Assembly (NCBI GenBank): GCA_965112155.1
Contig: OZ218101.1
DNA from: Podarcis liolepis
Taxonomy: Eukaryota
Direction: 5' to 3' (one strand)
Length of the DNA: 64,000 nucleotides
Made by a program: the position numbers and the translations under genes. The notes beneath the pieces are model-generated. The model was given only the letters and a program-made list of their open reading frames with translations, did no database searches and was not told the origin of the DNA. This document shows positions 36,779 to 48,474 of this stretch, in pieces (position 1 is the first letter of the stretch; each line of letters opens with the position of its first letter).

Positions 36779-39491
36779 CTCTTCCCATTCTAGAGCGGCC
36801 AGCCCCAACCTGGTGCCCTCCAGAGTACCATTCCCATCGGTCCTAGCTGTTCTGGAAGAAAGGCTGTTCTAGAGAGATAGATAATCAGCTTCTGCAATAC
36901 ACACTTCAACAGAAAATCAGATCCAGATAATTGGAGAATCTGCCCTGGAACCTCACAGTTATAATACATTTCTCTTACCACAAAGCTACAAGGATAATCA
37001 CAAAAGTCATGAACGTTCTGGTATAGTGAAAATTTTCTGGTCACTACCAAGTGCAATTCCTGTAATCCAAAACAATGTGTGATACCTGTGTCCCTAATAT
37101 CCAGTACTAACCATTCTTCCATTACTGCATTAGTTGAACAAATTAGTCCAGCATTCCAGTGTTCTAGAGATTGTTGATTTTATTTTCATTTTTTCAGTCA
37201 TGGGTTATTAGGCTGTCATTTCATTTCACACAGTTTCAGATCTGTTTCATAGGCCAAAGTCTGAAACGTTTGCTTGCAAACTTGAGAGATTCCAGTACAC
37301 CTTTTATTACCAAAAAGGAAAGGAGTAGGTTAATCCTCATACCTGCAGTTTCCACAGTTGCAGGTTACTTGCGAAAATGGCAGAGTTCAGTCCGTGTCCC
37401 TTTCAGATGAGTTGGAATGTTTCTATTGATTTTAGAGAAGCCAGAGTGCCAGAACTTTATTGGGTGCAAATACTACTTCCTTGAAAGGTGTGAAAAATGG
37501 GGATATATTGAGCAGACAAACCATTGGCAGATGAGTTAAAACATCTATTCAATTTACCCTAAGTTGTGTGCACTTAGGGCCAGTGTGGACACTTTCTGTT
37601 GTAGGAGAGTTGTTCTTCCAGCTGAATACATAGCTTATCATACTGATGGACAAACTTGCAAGGTTCATAATTTCAAAGTAAACTTGTTCTTCCACACCTT
37701 TTTGAATCTGCCCATATATACCAATTTGCACATTACATATTCCCATGTATGAGGCTCACACGTACGAGTAATGTCTGAATGTGCCCTTACTTTGCAGTGT
37801 GTGTAGATATAATAGACCGCTTCCTTTGTAAGGTTTGTGCTTATGAAGTGTTATAAATGTAAACTATGTGTGATACTCAACTATGCTTTACCCAGAGTAG
37901 GCCCATTGAAATTAATGGACCTAATGTAGTCGTTGTCCTTAATTTCAGTGCGTCTACTCTGCATAAAAATTAGCTGAGTACCACCCTATATCTCTACATT
38001 ATTTTGCCATCTTGAGAATGTATAACTGCTCCATATATCTGTGTCAGGGTTGGTGGATGGGAGGTTAACCAATAATTCTGCAGGTCCAAGCAAGTCTTCC
38101 AGGCAGTCCAGCATCTCAACCTTCACTTGAGTGATAGATTGCTAAGACTGAAGAGCAAAGGCTGAGACAACGGTTATATAAGGTAGGGTGGAGTCTTATT
38201 GGCTCTTTGGGTCACCTTATTATGACCATTTGTGGTGCCAGAGCAGCAGAGATCAGCCCAACTGTTCACTCTTCCTGCATGCTGCCCCAGTAGCACCGGC
38301 AGTAAGATGTCTGGGCCATGAATTAGTTTACCTTGGAGATAAGCAAGCATGCCTAATGTAGGAATTGTCATTAACCCAGGGCGCTCAGGAGTACCAGTGC
38401 AGTGAATTACAACATATGACAGAAATGAGATGGAGACAATTTCTCATAAAAGGGAGGATCTGAAAAGTTTTTGCTGTTTTTCCCACCTGCCACCTAAATA
38501 TGCATGCCACGTGAATGTGAATGGACAGTGGTCATTTAATGTCGCTTCCCCTGATGTATAGAGTTGGATCAGATGTAATACTCCCAATATCTTAACCCTG
38601 ACTAAGGAAGGTGGGCTGCAGGATCCCTGCGTTCATGTTAACCATGGCTCAGGTGAGTGCCAGCACAGACATTAACCGTGTTTAAGGCTGACAGAAAGAG
38701 GGTAGGGAAATTGCAGTCCTACAACCTGCTCTGCACTAAGTCTGTACCTGCTCAGAAACATTACAAAGTTGCTTTACAATGACATATTTATGTGAGTTAC
38801 CAGAACCCTGATGCCTGAGCCTGTGTAGAAACACGGCTAGGAAAAGCTACAAACGTAATGTTATAAAAATGGGTCGCCTGGGTGCCCTGTGATGGAAAAG
38901 CAGTTGTGAATGGTGAATCCATGCTATATTTTAAAAATAACTCCTAAACTTCAATTGCCAAGGAAAATACCTGATAGGTTAAGTTTAGTTTTATGTTGAT
39001 TGTCATTAAGACATTTTTACTGGATAAGTTCAACCAAAGATATTATTGATTGAAGTTATAAAGGAAGAACAGAAGTACTTATTGCTGAATTTCCGGTGCC
39101 AGAAACCAGGCTTAAGAGTCCATTGTTGCCTTATCTCCTTCCCTTCCCTATTTCAGTTGTATATTACGTGGGGTTAGGTTGGTAATATCATGCTTTAACT
39201 GTCTTTCTAATTGCTGTTCTAAAAACCTTGAAGAATGTAGGCTGCCCTGTATTTTATTTGCTACCACACTGATGGCTTATTTCAATTACTGGATGTTGGG
39301 CTATACTGCAGCCTAAGCAAAGACTGGCTCTGATGCAGTGTTTGGCACCTGAGGTGGAGGGTTCGCGTGATTTTTGCATGGGGCATTGATTTATGTTCAG
39401 GATCTGGTAGGAACTTTGTGGGACCACATTCAAAATGAAAATATTTGCATCAAATATTACATAGGAAGTGTGAGCACTGAACAGATAACAC

Positions 39492-39547
39492 ATTGATTGA
39501 TTGATTGATTGATTGATTCATTCATTCATTCATTCATTCATTCATTC
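39492..39547. repeat. Compound (ATTG)6(ATTC)8 microsatellite
   Basis: Direct read. Confidence 0.95.
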
Positions 39548-42500
39548 TTGTAAGTGATAAGATGTGGGAAAATATCACTCAAGTCTTGCTTTATGAACAT
39601 TTTCCCCAATTTAAATGTAATCTTGCACTGGTTCCACTGTGGGGCCATACAGTTATGCTTGGGGTTTGAGCTGCAGGGGCAGTTAGCATCACAAGGATGC
39701 AAAATCCACTAACTGACTTGATTAGTGTTTGGTATAATTAAAGCTTTTGCTATGGCCTTGTTGCTTTTGGAGCCACACAAGTGTAGCAGCTATATTTACC
39801 ATAAAAGTTCCTTTATTAACCTTTCAGACGACACTTTTGTTACGTAGAATTATTTAACAATATCTTATCGATGCCTATATTTTTCAGTAACATAATTTCT
39901 TGTAATGGAAGTGCACATTTAGGCAGATACATCATTTCATCATATTCGTGCTGTTAATGACCTTTTTAAAAAAACAACATCCCGCGTAGAAGTCTCTCTT
40001 CTGCTTTGAACATGTAATCCTTTCTCTCTGACATTAGGAGTATGTTTATGCTCGATCTGTATGTGCCTACATGCACTTTTTAGAAGATGAATTCTAAAAG
40101 GGTTCTAGAGGTTCATAAATGTATATAGGTATAAACCATTAAAGAGAAAACACTACCAAAGGAGAATCTGGCTGGCTGATTATGGTTATTCATCTCTAAC
40201 CAAAACTTCTCAGGACTCGTTAGCCAATTTTTTTACAAAGTTACAATCTAATGTTTTTTAAGCAATACACTCTTTTAAGACATTCACCTGCAAAGTTCTT
40301 GCTCCATGCAGTTATTAGGCCAAGTCGAACTTGCCAGTGGGGAGCTTTTCTATTGGCTTAAGTGATAAAAGTTGGCTGAGATCCCTGAGCTTCTTGAATG
40401 GACTTTGATGCCAAAGTCCGTGCCCTGTATGAACAGCTTCAGAAAAAAAGGAATGCACCTGGAACTAGTGCCAATTTACCCAGAGTCTTCTTACTTTTGT
40501 GAGTGTTGTGGGATGGCGTATTGTCACCCTCCCCAGTGTTGGCTTCATGTTTGGAAGGGCCCTTGAGCAAGAGATCTTCCATGGGTTCCTCCACCCTCCT
40601 CGGTCCCTCAGCAAATCTCCCTTATCACTGGAGCAGAACAAGGAGACTCTTGGCAGTAGAGGGCCTTGGACAGATGCCCAGCCATGCCAGTCCTCTCTGC
40701 CTTTTTCCTGTGTGCCCAAAACGTTTTCAGATTACACAAATTTAATCAAAAGGCATTTGATTAATAGTCAATGGAAAAATGAAACCTATATTTCATTTCC
40801 ACTTTTCTAGGGAGACTTTCAAAAGTTTAAAATTCTTAATACAGACATCTATATAGATTGTGAAAGAAAACTTGAGATATATTGGTCCTAGCATTGATTA
40901 GTTGCCGCAGCCTATCCCTAATACATTTCTGAATCGGTTTTGCAATGTTGAGTTCAGCCTCACTATCAACAGATCACATTAGTCTTTAATCCTCCTGGGA
41001 TAATATGCAGGATGATAAGAGGTCTGTTCCACACATTTCACTTTCCTACATACAGATATAGCATCCTTTTAGGAAATTGCATCATAATGTGCAGTGCCTG
41101 TTGCTATTTTATGCATAGACATTCTCTGTGAAGGCAAATTACAGTGTGAAGTGACTCTTGAGTCACACTGGAATTAAATTAGCTTTATTCTCGAGAGAAA
41201 GAAAGGTCGTAGTCACACTGCCTGACATTGCTTTACTGCTATGACCTTTACTGACCTTTGTCCAAACATGCGGTATACATGTAGTTGGGCTGAATGTTGG
41301 CATGAAGCATGCCAAATGTTTTTGACCCTAAGGAGCAAAATGAAGGCTTCTCCTCTGACATAACTTGGGAGTCTCCTTCCACCCCTTCTTGTCTCTCTTT
41401 CTGTAAGCAGGCATTGTTACAGGGTTGTAGGAACAATGCTTTTTGGTAGCAGCTGGCTTTCTGGCACCTTTTTTTTTTAATAAAAAAAATACCTCAGCAT
41501 AGCTTTAGTATCATTTGCAGAATGGAAAATCGGGAGAGAGAAACTTTATAAATAATGGAAGTAATTCTAGCTGTAGAGTTTAGTTTTGAAGACCCTGACT
41601 TATGCTGTATGTATTTGCAGTTCTGTATTTAGGCTACAACTTTATAGGGTATGGGGTGGGGGCGGGAAGGAGAGAGAGTTAGCTGTGCTAGAAGGCAAGT
41701 GTTGCTTGCAACATCTTTTTCTATTTTGTCATTGGCTATCGTTGTCAACACGCTACATAACAGCAGACATAACTGAGTTGCTGTATTGCTTCCAGGGTCC
41801 TTCTAGGGGTGCATGACCTCTGCCTCCCTGCTTTCTTTCTATTGGCAAACCAAGGGCCTTGGTGGGGATGTAAATATTGAGCAAGTTTGTGTGCTTGGAG
41901 GGGGCATACAAGGAGATGAATTAGCAACCCATTTTAGTCCACGTAGTTGCACTAGGGCTGCAGCTGGGCCAAGACTTTTACATTTGGAAAAGGAGGAGGA
42001 TATTTGGGAGAACAAAGTGAAACAGTTCTTTTTATCCCTGCTTGTCTTGTTATTGAATGTAGTATGTGGTAATTAATTTAATTTTCTAATAGCAATGCTA
42101 ATCCTGTCTAGACCAAAAATAGCAGAAGAGAAACCAAACTAAATGCTAACCTGCTCCTAGTACCTGAGTATAGAGTACCTGAAAGGGATAAGATTCTGTG
42201 AGGCAGACTTCAGGAGAAAAGAGGCAATATTGGATGTGGGTTTCTTTTTATGGAAGGTTGAGTCATTTTTCTTTCACAGGACATGGTTCAGATTTTGGGT
42301 GGCATTCTTGGGAGACTTCATCTGCTTCCATCCTGACTCTGAAGCATCTTCTTTCTCTGATTGCAGAAAAATACAGTGTGTGTGTTTGTGTGAGGAAGTA
42401 TATTTCCGGCGGTGGGAAAGGAAAACCTGAGCTTCAGCTGGAGGGGGAGAATTTCCAATGTTTTGATAGGAACCAAAGGTATACTGCTTAGTTTTTGGCA

Positions 42501-44924
42501 GCTCTGCTGTTTTCAGGATGTCTTCGGCAAAAAATTGTGTGGTCTTAGGGGTTTGATTTGATGACTCTTGACTTGGAGGATCTCCTCATGTGTTGGTTTT
42601 CCTACCTTCTTAATGCACAGGGTTGGTTTGGATACTTTTTCTGAGGACATACTGGAGGCAAGTTCTATTCTGGAGGCAAGTTCAACACCCAAGATCACAA
42701 GCAACTGTTGGACGTAGGGAAAACTTGGTTTTATTCTTAAAATATCAAAACTGCATTGTCCTCCTAAATATCAAAACTGCATTGTCCTCTGTTTCCATCA
42801 TTTCAGAAGTCCTGTGGGTTTTCATAGTGGAAAACCTTGGAGACGTCTTTCTTTCCTCCCCGGAATAGCTTTGGGCATTGTCACATTACATGCTATTGGC
42901 TTGATGAATTGCATCAGTCAAGCCTGACATGTTCATGTGTGAAGCAAGGGAGAAGGTAAATATATATTAGTTGTCCAGCTATTCTTCCTCTGGAAATCAG
43001 CTGGGTTGCAGAACTTCCCTGGAAAGCTTTACTAATAGACTTATTGTTCTGACATTATGTAAAGTGGTATTAATATTGTGTGACTTTTCTAAGAGCTAGG
43101 TAGATTTATAAGTAGGTAATAGGGAAATGGAAAATGACTTCTCAAAGATAAGAGCACTTGGAACAAAAGATGTGGAAAACAAGGTGTGCTTTAAAAGAAA
43201 ACAAATCTGAGGAAGGAAATGAAACAACCAGTTGGGAGATGGGATCACGAGAGGAAGATCCTTAGTACTATGAGGAAGGTTGGAATGTCTCCCCTCTTCT
43301 GCCTTATTTCTCTTTACCTCACTCAGGCGAAAATATGGGTTTAATAGTTTGTTGTCGGCTCTTTCCCCAAACATTTCTAAAACTCTGATCTTTGTTCTCA
43401 CCAAAAATTCTCTGTTTTTACAATGTAGAACCCATCAAAAGAAAAGCCTTCCTGAAGTATTTCTAGCAGAAATATCTTTAACCCACCAGGGGGCTATAAG
43501 TGTAAATGGTGAATGTTTCTGGCAAGAGTACCACAGGAATAGTGGTAAATATTAAGGAGTACAGATCTGTGTTAAATTAATATCTGCACAATACAAGCCA
43601 CCCACCCTGGCCAAAAGCCTTGGAACAAACACCTTTTGTCAGGGCTGGGGGGAAACTGTCACTTGTCCCATCTAATCCATGTTAGCACATTGGCATTTTC
43701 GATCCAGTTTCTGTATTTGAATTTGAGGAAGAAGCCACAGCAGATACCCATATACTGATTGGTAAGTTACTTCCATTTATTTGAACCTCCCTGGAGGAAG
43801 ATATAGGCTTTTCTCAAAAATCCAGGAGATAAGAGGTCAGGTGCAAGTGCATTGGAGAGCATCACGGGACTCCGGCCGTTTTGCGCTCCCCTGGTCCCAC
43901 CGTGTCGCTGTTCCATTTCCTTCTTCTGTGGTAGTGTCTAAGGCTAGGTGTGAGTAAGTGTCGGGTGTTTATCCGCCACAGGTACGGGAGCTGTCGTATA
44001 CCTCATTTCTAACTCATAACTGAGTAACTTGCTTTAACTTTCTCCAAGCCCTACAGAGTTGCCAAGACTGCCCTCCCTCCCTTGATTAACGTGGAACTCT
44101 GGCTTATAGCACCCTGTGACCTGTAACCTGGGGGGCGACCCCCTAAAGCCTCTGAATGTCGCTGCTTAAAAGCTACTGCAAACTGAGGGCAAATTGCAAT
44201 CTTCTATTTCTTTTGGTTACCAGGGGTCCTCTCGTAGTCTGTGAATATCCATCTCCACTCCCAATCCGTGCATGAAACCTCCATGCTGCCTTCTCCCTCC
44301 CCCCTGGTGAGATGTCAGGGCTATAATGTACTGCAGGGTCAAGGCAGGACCCTGACAGCTCCTCTCAGCCAAGTGCTGCATGCATATTGCTCGCTACGTT
44401 TTAATTTTGTTTCTCTCATGCTCCTCCCATATTTAATTTCCTTTGTTTATTATTTGACAATCTTGTTCCTCCCCGTCCCCGCCTCTAGGCTAACCAGAAG
44501 CTGCATCCCTGTCCCTTCTGCCATTTTACTTTGAATGTAGTTTCCCCACCCTTTGGAAAGAGAAGCTTTTCCAGGTCACGGTGCACTGCTATATGCCGAG
44601 GGGGGCGGTTTCTTTGTTTTGTTTTGTTCTTTTAGAAATTTCCAGCCAAAACCAAAGATTTCCTAATGATTGTATAAACTCAAAACAGACAAACAAACAA
44701 ACCAAAGACAAAAGGGGCGTCTTCAGCACCAATCATATCTCTCAGATGGCTCGGTCCCATCCTGTGCTAACTTGCTTGGGAGACCAAGTTCTGTTTGACC
44801 TCCGCAAATCCAAAGGCGCACAGCCATTGGGAGGGAGAGTTCAGTGGGGGAAAGTGATGGACTCCACAGATTGGTTGTGAAGCTGAAGACATTGGTGCAT
44901 GACTGGCGGCTCTGGTGGGTGCTT

Positions 44925-45020
44925 TTAACCCTTTGGGAGCTGGGTGATATTAATACACGCTGAGGTGCACTTCTGAGCTCTCTCCCCCCCCCCCCCCGCC
45001 ACTGCTTGGAAGAGGCTGTC
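44925..45020 (-). CDS. CD247: Putative CD3-eta-type alternative terminal exon of CD247 (DSLFQAVAGGGGERAQKCTSACINITQLPKG*)
   Basis: Minus-strand acaacag|GAC AGC CTC TTC CAA GCA GTG, phase 0 like the exon 7 donor. Resembles the start of mammalian eta exon 9 (DSHFQAV, recalled). No expression evidence. Confidence 0.5.
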   Translation of the reverse strand, partial: DSLFQAVAGGGGERAQKCTSACINITQLPKG

Positions 45021-46424
45021 CTGTTGTGCAAAATCTCTGAAAAAAATGTTTTGTTTTTCTTTCTCTCCCCCCCCACTTCTTTTTTGTTCTTTAATTATTT
45101 TTGCAGCACCACTGTGCAACTATGCATTGTATTTCTCAACCTTTTGTGCTAGGTAGGTAGATGCCTATGACTTTTTAAACTTTGGGGGAGGGGGGGTTGC
45201 CAATGAAGGAACTTTTTACATGGATCTTTTAAATCTCAGTTGATTAGGGGGTGTTTGGTTCTAGGGTCATACAAGCTCTATCCCAAAGCAAAATCCAAAT
45301 GTTAATAATATTAGCCTGATGCAGATACCAAAGATAATTTCTTTCCTGCAGAACCTTAGACTTGTGTATTAAGTACAATTACCCAGCACTTGCATTAGTC
45401 TAACCTCAGTAATTCCAAAGCTTAGATGTATATTTTGGTATATTTCTGGGATATTAAAAATGTCGTTTAAATTCTTGTTTGTTTCAGTGTAATGCTCTTA
45501 AAGTCATAGCATGGAGATAACTGAATTGTCTTATTCTTAGTAGTTTGAAATAATAGTATTTTTGTATGTTTTGGGTGTGTCAATGTATGTATTAACACAA
45601 CAGTTTTCACTGCCTAGGTGTTCATAATTGAGAAAAAGTGTACATAATCTGTGATTTCCACCAGATTGTCGATTTAGATTGCATTTTCTCTGATTGCCAT
45701 TCCCAACAGGGGGATCTTTATTCCTTTTTTTTTTTTTAAGAGACAGCATGCTTATAACAGTGAGATTGTACTTTTGCCCTCCCATAAAGGTCCAGTTCCC
45801 TGAAAACATCGTCCTTTAATTTTGAAAGGTGAGGCAAGACTCAAAGTGTAGCAATTGAATAACTAAAAGCACGGATATTACTATGCTAGGAATTTATGCT
45901 TTTTGTTTTTATAGTGGGGGGGAGGGATCTTGCCAAGAAAGCTATGGTTTGTGGAAATTGATTTATAAAATCCTGAGCTCTTCCTATGGCAAAAAAGAGA
46001 GATTTGTGTTGATTACAGAGCTTCCCTGTCGTCAACCATCAAGTTGGCTTATATCTTCCTCAGGCCTGCTAATGTGGTCAATTGTACAGCTTAATTTACA
46101 TGAACACTTTGTATCTAACTGTGATAAATATATTAAGATACAATGCATTCTTGCCTAACTTTAAATTTGAGAACTGTAAGGCCCTATTTTGAAACTGTGT
46201 GTGTCTCCAAAATGGAGATGAAAAGGATGCTGTCTCTTTAAATATACCTTCTATTTTTTCCCTAGTGGCTGCCTACAGGTGGCTGTGGGCATTGAGAGAG
46301 ACTGTGTAGATTATAGTGAATCAGGATGAAAATGGTAGATTTTGTGTAGATGCATTTGTCTGCTGTAATTTTTATATATATAAAACTTACTGTAACTGTA
46401 CAGTTCATTTCTGTTGTAAACATC

Positions 46425-46430
46425 ATTAAA
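46425..46430 (+). terminator. Distal poly(A) signal of POU2F1 (ATTAAA)
   Basis: Several TGTA (CFIm-type) elements at 46300-46420 and GT/T-rich downstream sequence (gtgtttt...ggtttgtggttttt, 46443-46478). Confidence 0.65.
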
Positions 46431-47137
46431 CCATTTTTCCAAGTGTTTTAACATGCATGCACTGGTTTGTGGTTTTTGAACAAGTGAAAGGAAATGGCTG
46501 AAAAGAAATGGCAGAACCTTGTATTTCTGTTGTTTTAAACCTGACAATCCGGAGCTGAAGGATGTTCCTCCTTCCCAACTACAAATTTTCTCCCAACTAC
46601 AAATTACAAGACATCTCAGGTTAGAAGACTCACATAATGGGACAGCAGAAACAGGTAAGCCTCTCAGTTCTGTTATTCTGCAGAAAATAAATATGCCAGA
46701 TTTATTTTAAAAGCTTACACTACTAGTAACTTACGGCTTCCATGTTGAACAGGATGTGTTAAATTCTTTCAGTTAAGTAACCACCATGTGCAGGTTGTCT
46801 AACTAGCTCAACATCGTAATGCACATTTATTTAGTATTCTCTACATTTGTGTCCTTGACAAGATAATTTGTTTATTGCTACAGGCGCATGTGTCATGCAT
46901 ACTACTAGTTTGGTCCTACAATAGATATTGCTGCCCTTCTAAACTGCCCTAAAAGTCAGTGATGTGAGATCTGTGCACCCTTGTTTAGCTTTAAATCTTA
47001 AGGTTTTGTAGGACTTATTGCTCCTTTTCATTAAGCTCTTTTTCCCCTTTTACTTTCCACTGCAACATGGCGCTATGAAGTTCAAACAAATCCAGAATAA
47101 GACCAGAAGAGGGAAAAGCAGGTATATTTAAGAAGCT

Positions 47138-47143
47138 TTTATT
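47138..47143 (-). terminator. Candidate CD247 poly(A) signal (AATAAA on - strand)
   Basis: TTTATT on +, followed on - by T-rich sequence; would give a ~1.9 kb 3'UTR. Confidence 0.45.
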
Positions 47144-48251
47144 TAAAAATACACAGAACACATGGTTTCAGTTCTTTAGATAGAAAAGCATTTTCTTTGT
47201 TCTTTTCAACTTAATTTATAGATTTAAAGCTCCAGAAGTGTATTTTTGAAAGATCAGATTTAGGCTGTGCACACCCCATACATTTAACCACCTCTGCCCA
47301 GTGCTGGATTTACATATAACCAAAAAAGAGCTATATAGCTTGGGGCCTACTCTCTCGGAGGCCTCCAAAAAATTTAAAGGAAAAAAATGGATGTATATTT
47401 CCAATATATAAGATGAACTGAAATACAATTGAGATGTTTAACAGTTACTTTGATAAAATACGTATTTTGTTATGTGCAAATGGCTTTAGATACCTATTAG
47501 GTCCATAAATTACCATATAGCATATATCCAACACAAAAAAGAGTGACAATTTGTTGTTTACAAAGGACAGCTGGACAAACCTAAATCCAGCCCAAGAATT
47601 CTAGGATCTGTAGTTTAAGGGTGCTGGGAATTGCTCTGTAAGGGATAAACTACAGCCCCTGAGTTTGGGAAGTGGGTGTATGCAGCCTTAGTCCAGTATG
47701 AGTTCTGATAAGCAGACTCTCATTTCCATTTTGCCGATAGAGATGTATGTGAACCCTTTTTGGATCAACCAGTCTGATAAGATGGGCAGAAGGAATAAAA
47801 ATCCTCTGTGAAACTAGGTAAGGGAAATAGATTCAAGGTATAAAATTCTCACAATCGGCATTTGCCTGGGGGAAAAGCATAATAGGCAGCTGTGACTTCC
47901 CACGTCCTAAGGCTACAACTCTAAACACACTATGGAGTAAATCCACTAGCTATTCCTTTGTGTAAACATGCTCCCCAGCTAATTCCCCCCTTGCTCCACT
48001 GGTATTAAGCTCACTTAACCAGGACAGCAGCACCTGACAAGTTTGATCAGGATTCTGTCTTAACAGGAATTTGAAGCATCTACGTTTAAAACAGGAGGTA
48101 ATGTATTACTCATTTCAACCAACCATATGTCCTGTGGAAGAAGAACCTACTTCTATTCTCTTAACTATGGGAACATACTGTCTGTGCCTGCCCATACTTC
48201 TCATGCAACAGAAGTCAATTTTCAATTTTCATATTAAATCCCTTTAGCAGT

Positions 48252-48474
48252 CAAAATAAAAAAATTCCTTCCAGTAGCACCTTAAAGACCAACTAAGTTA
48301 GTTCTTGGTATGAGCTTTCGTGTGCATGCACACTTCTTCAGATACACCAGAAGTGTGCATGCACACGAAAGCTCATACCAAGAACTAACTTAGTTGGTCT
48401 TTAAGGTGCTACTGGAAGGAATTTTTTTATTTTGACTATGGCAGACCAACACGGCTACCTATCTGTAACTGGAA
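48252..48474. mobile_element. Penelope-like element terminal-repeat insertion with inverted duplication
   Basis: 12-bp TSD ccctttagcagt (48240-48251 and 48475-48486); 89-bp perfect inverted arms; pLTR sequence cgaaagctcatacc...ttagttggtctttaaggtgctac. Confidence 0.85.
48308..48345 (-). ncRNA. Minimal type I hammerhead-ribozyme-like motif of Penelope pLTR
   Basis: Minus strand: GUAU-CUGAAGA-A-GUGUGC(AU)GCACAC-GAAA-GC-UC-AUAC. Has the CUGAnGA and GAAA core boxes, stems I and II, and palindromic AGCU in place of stem III. Confidence 0.6.

Larger units (their letters stand above)
33461..46445 (+). other. POU2F1: POU2F1 long 3'UTR (~13 kb, end approximate)
   Basis: Runs from the stop codon through a TE-poor region with many miRNA seed sites to an ATTAAA with UGUA upstream and GU-rich sequence downstream. 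Mammalian POU2F1 also has a >10 kb 3'UTR. The end is inferred, not shown by transcripts. Confidence 0.7.
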
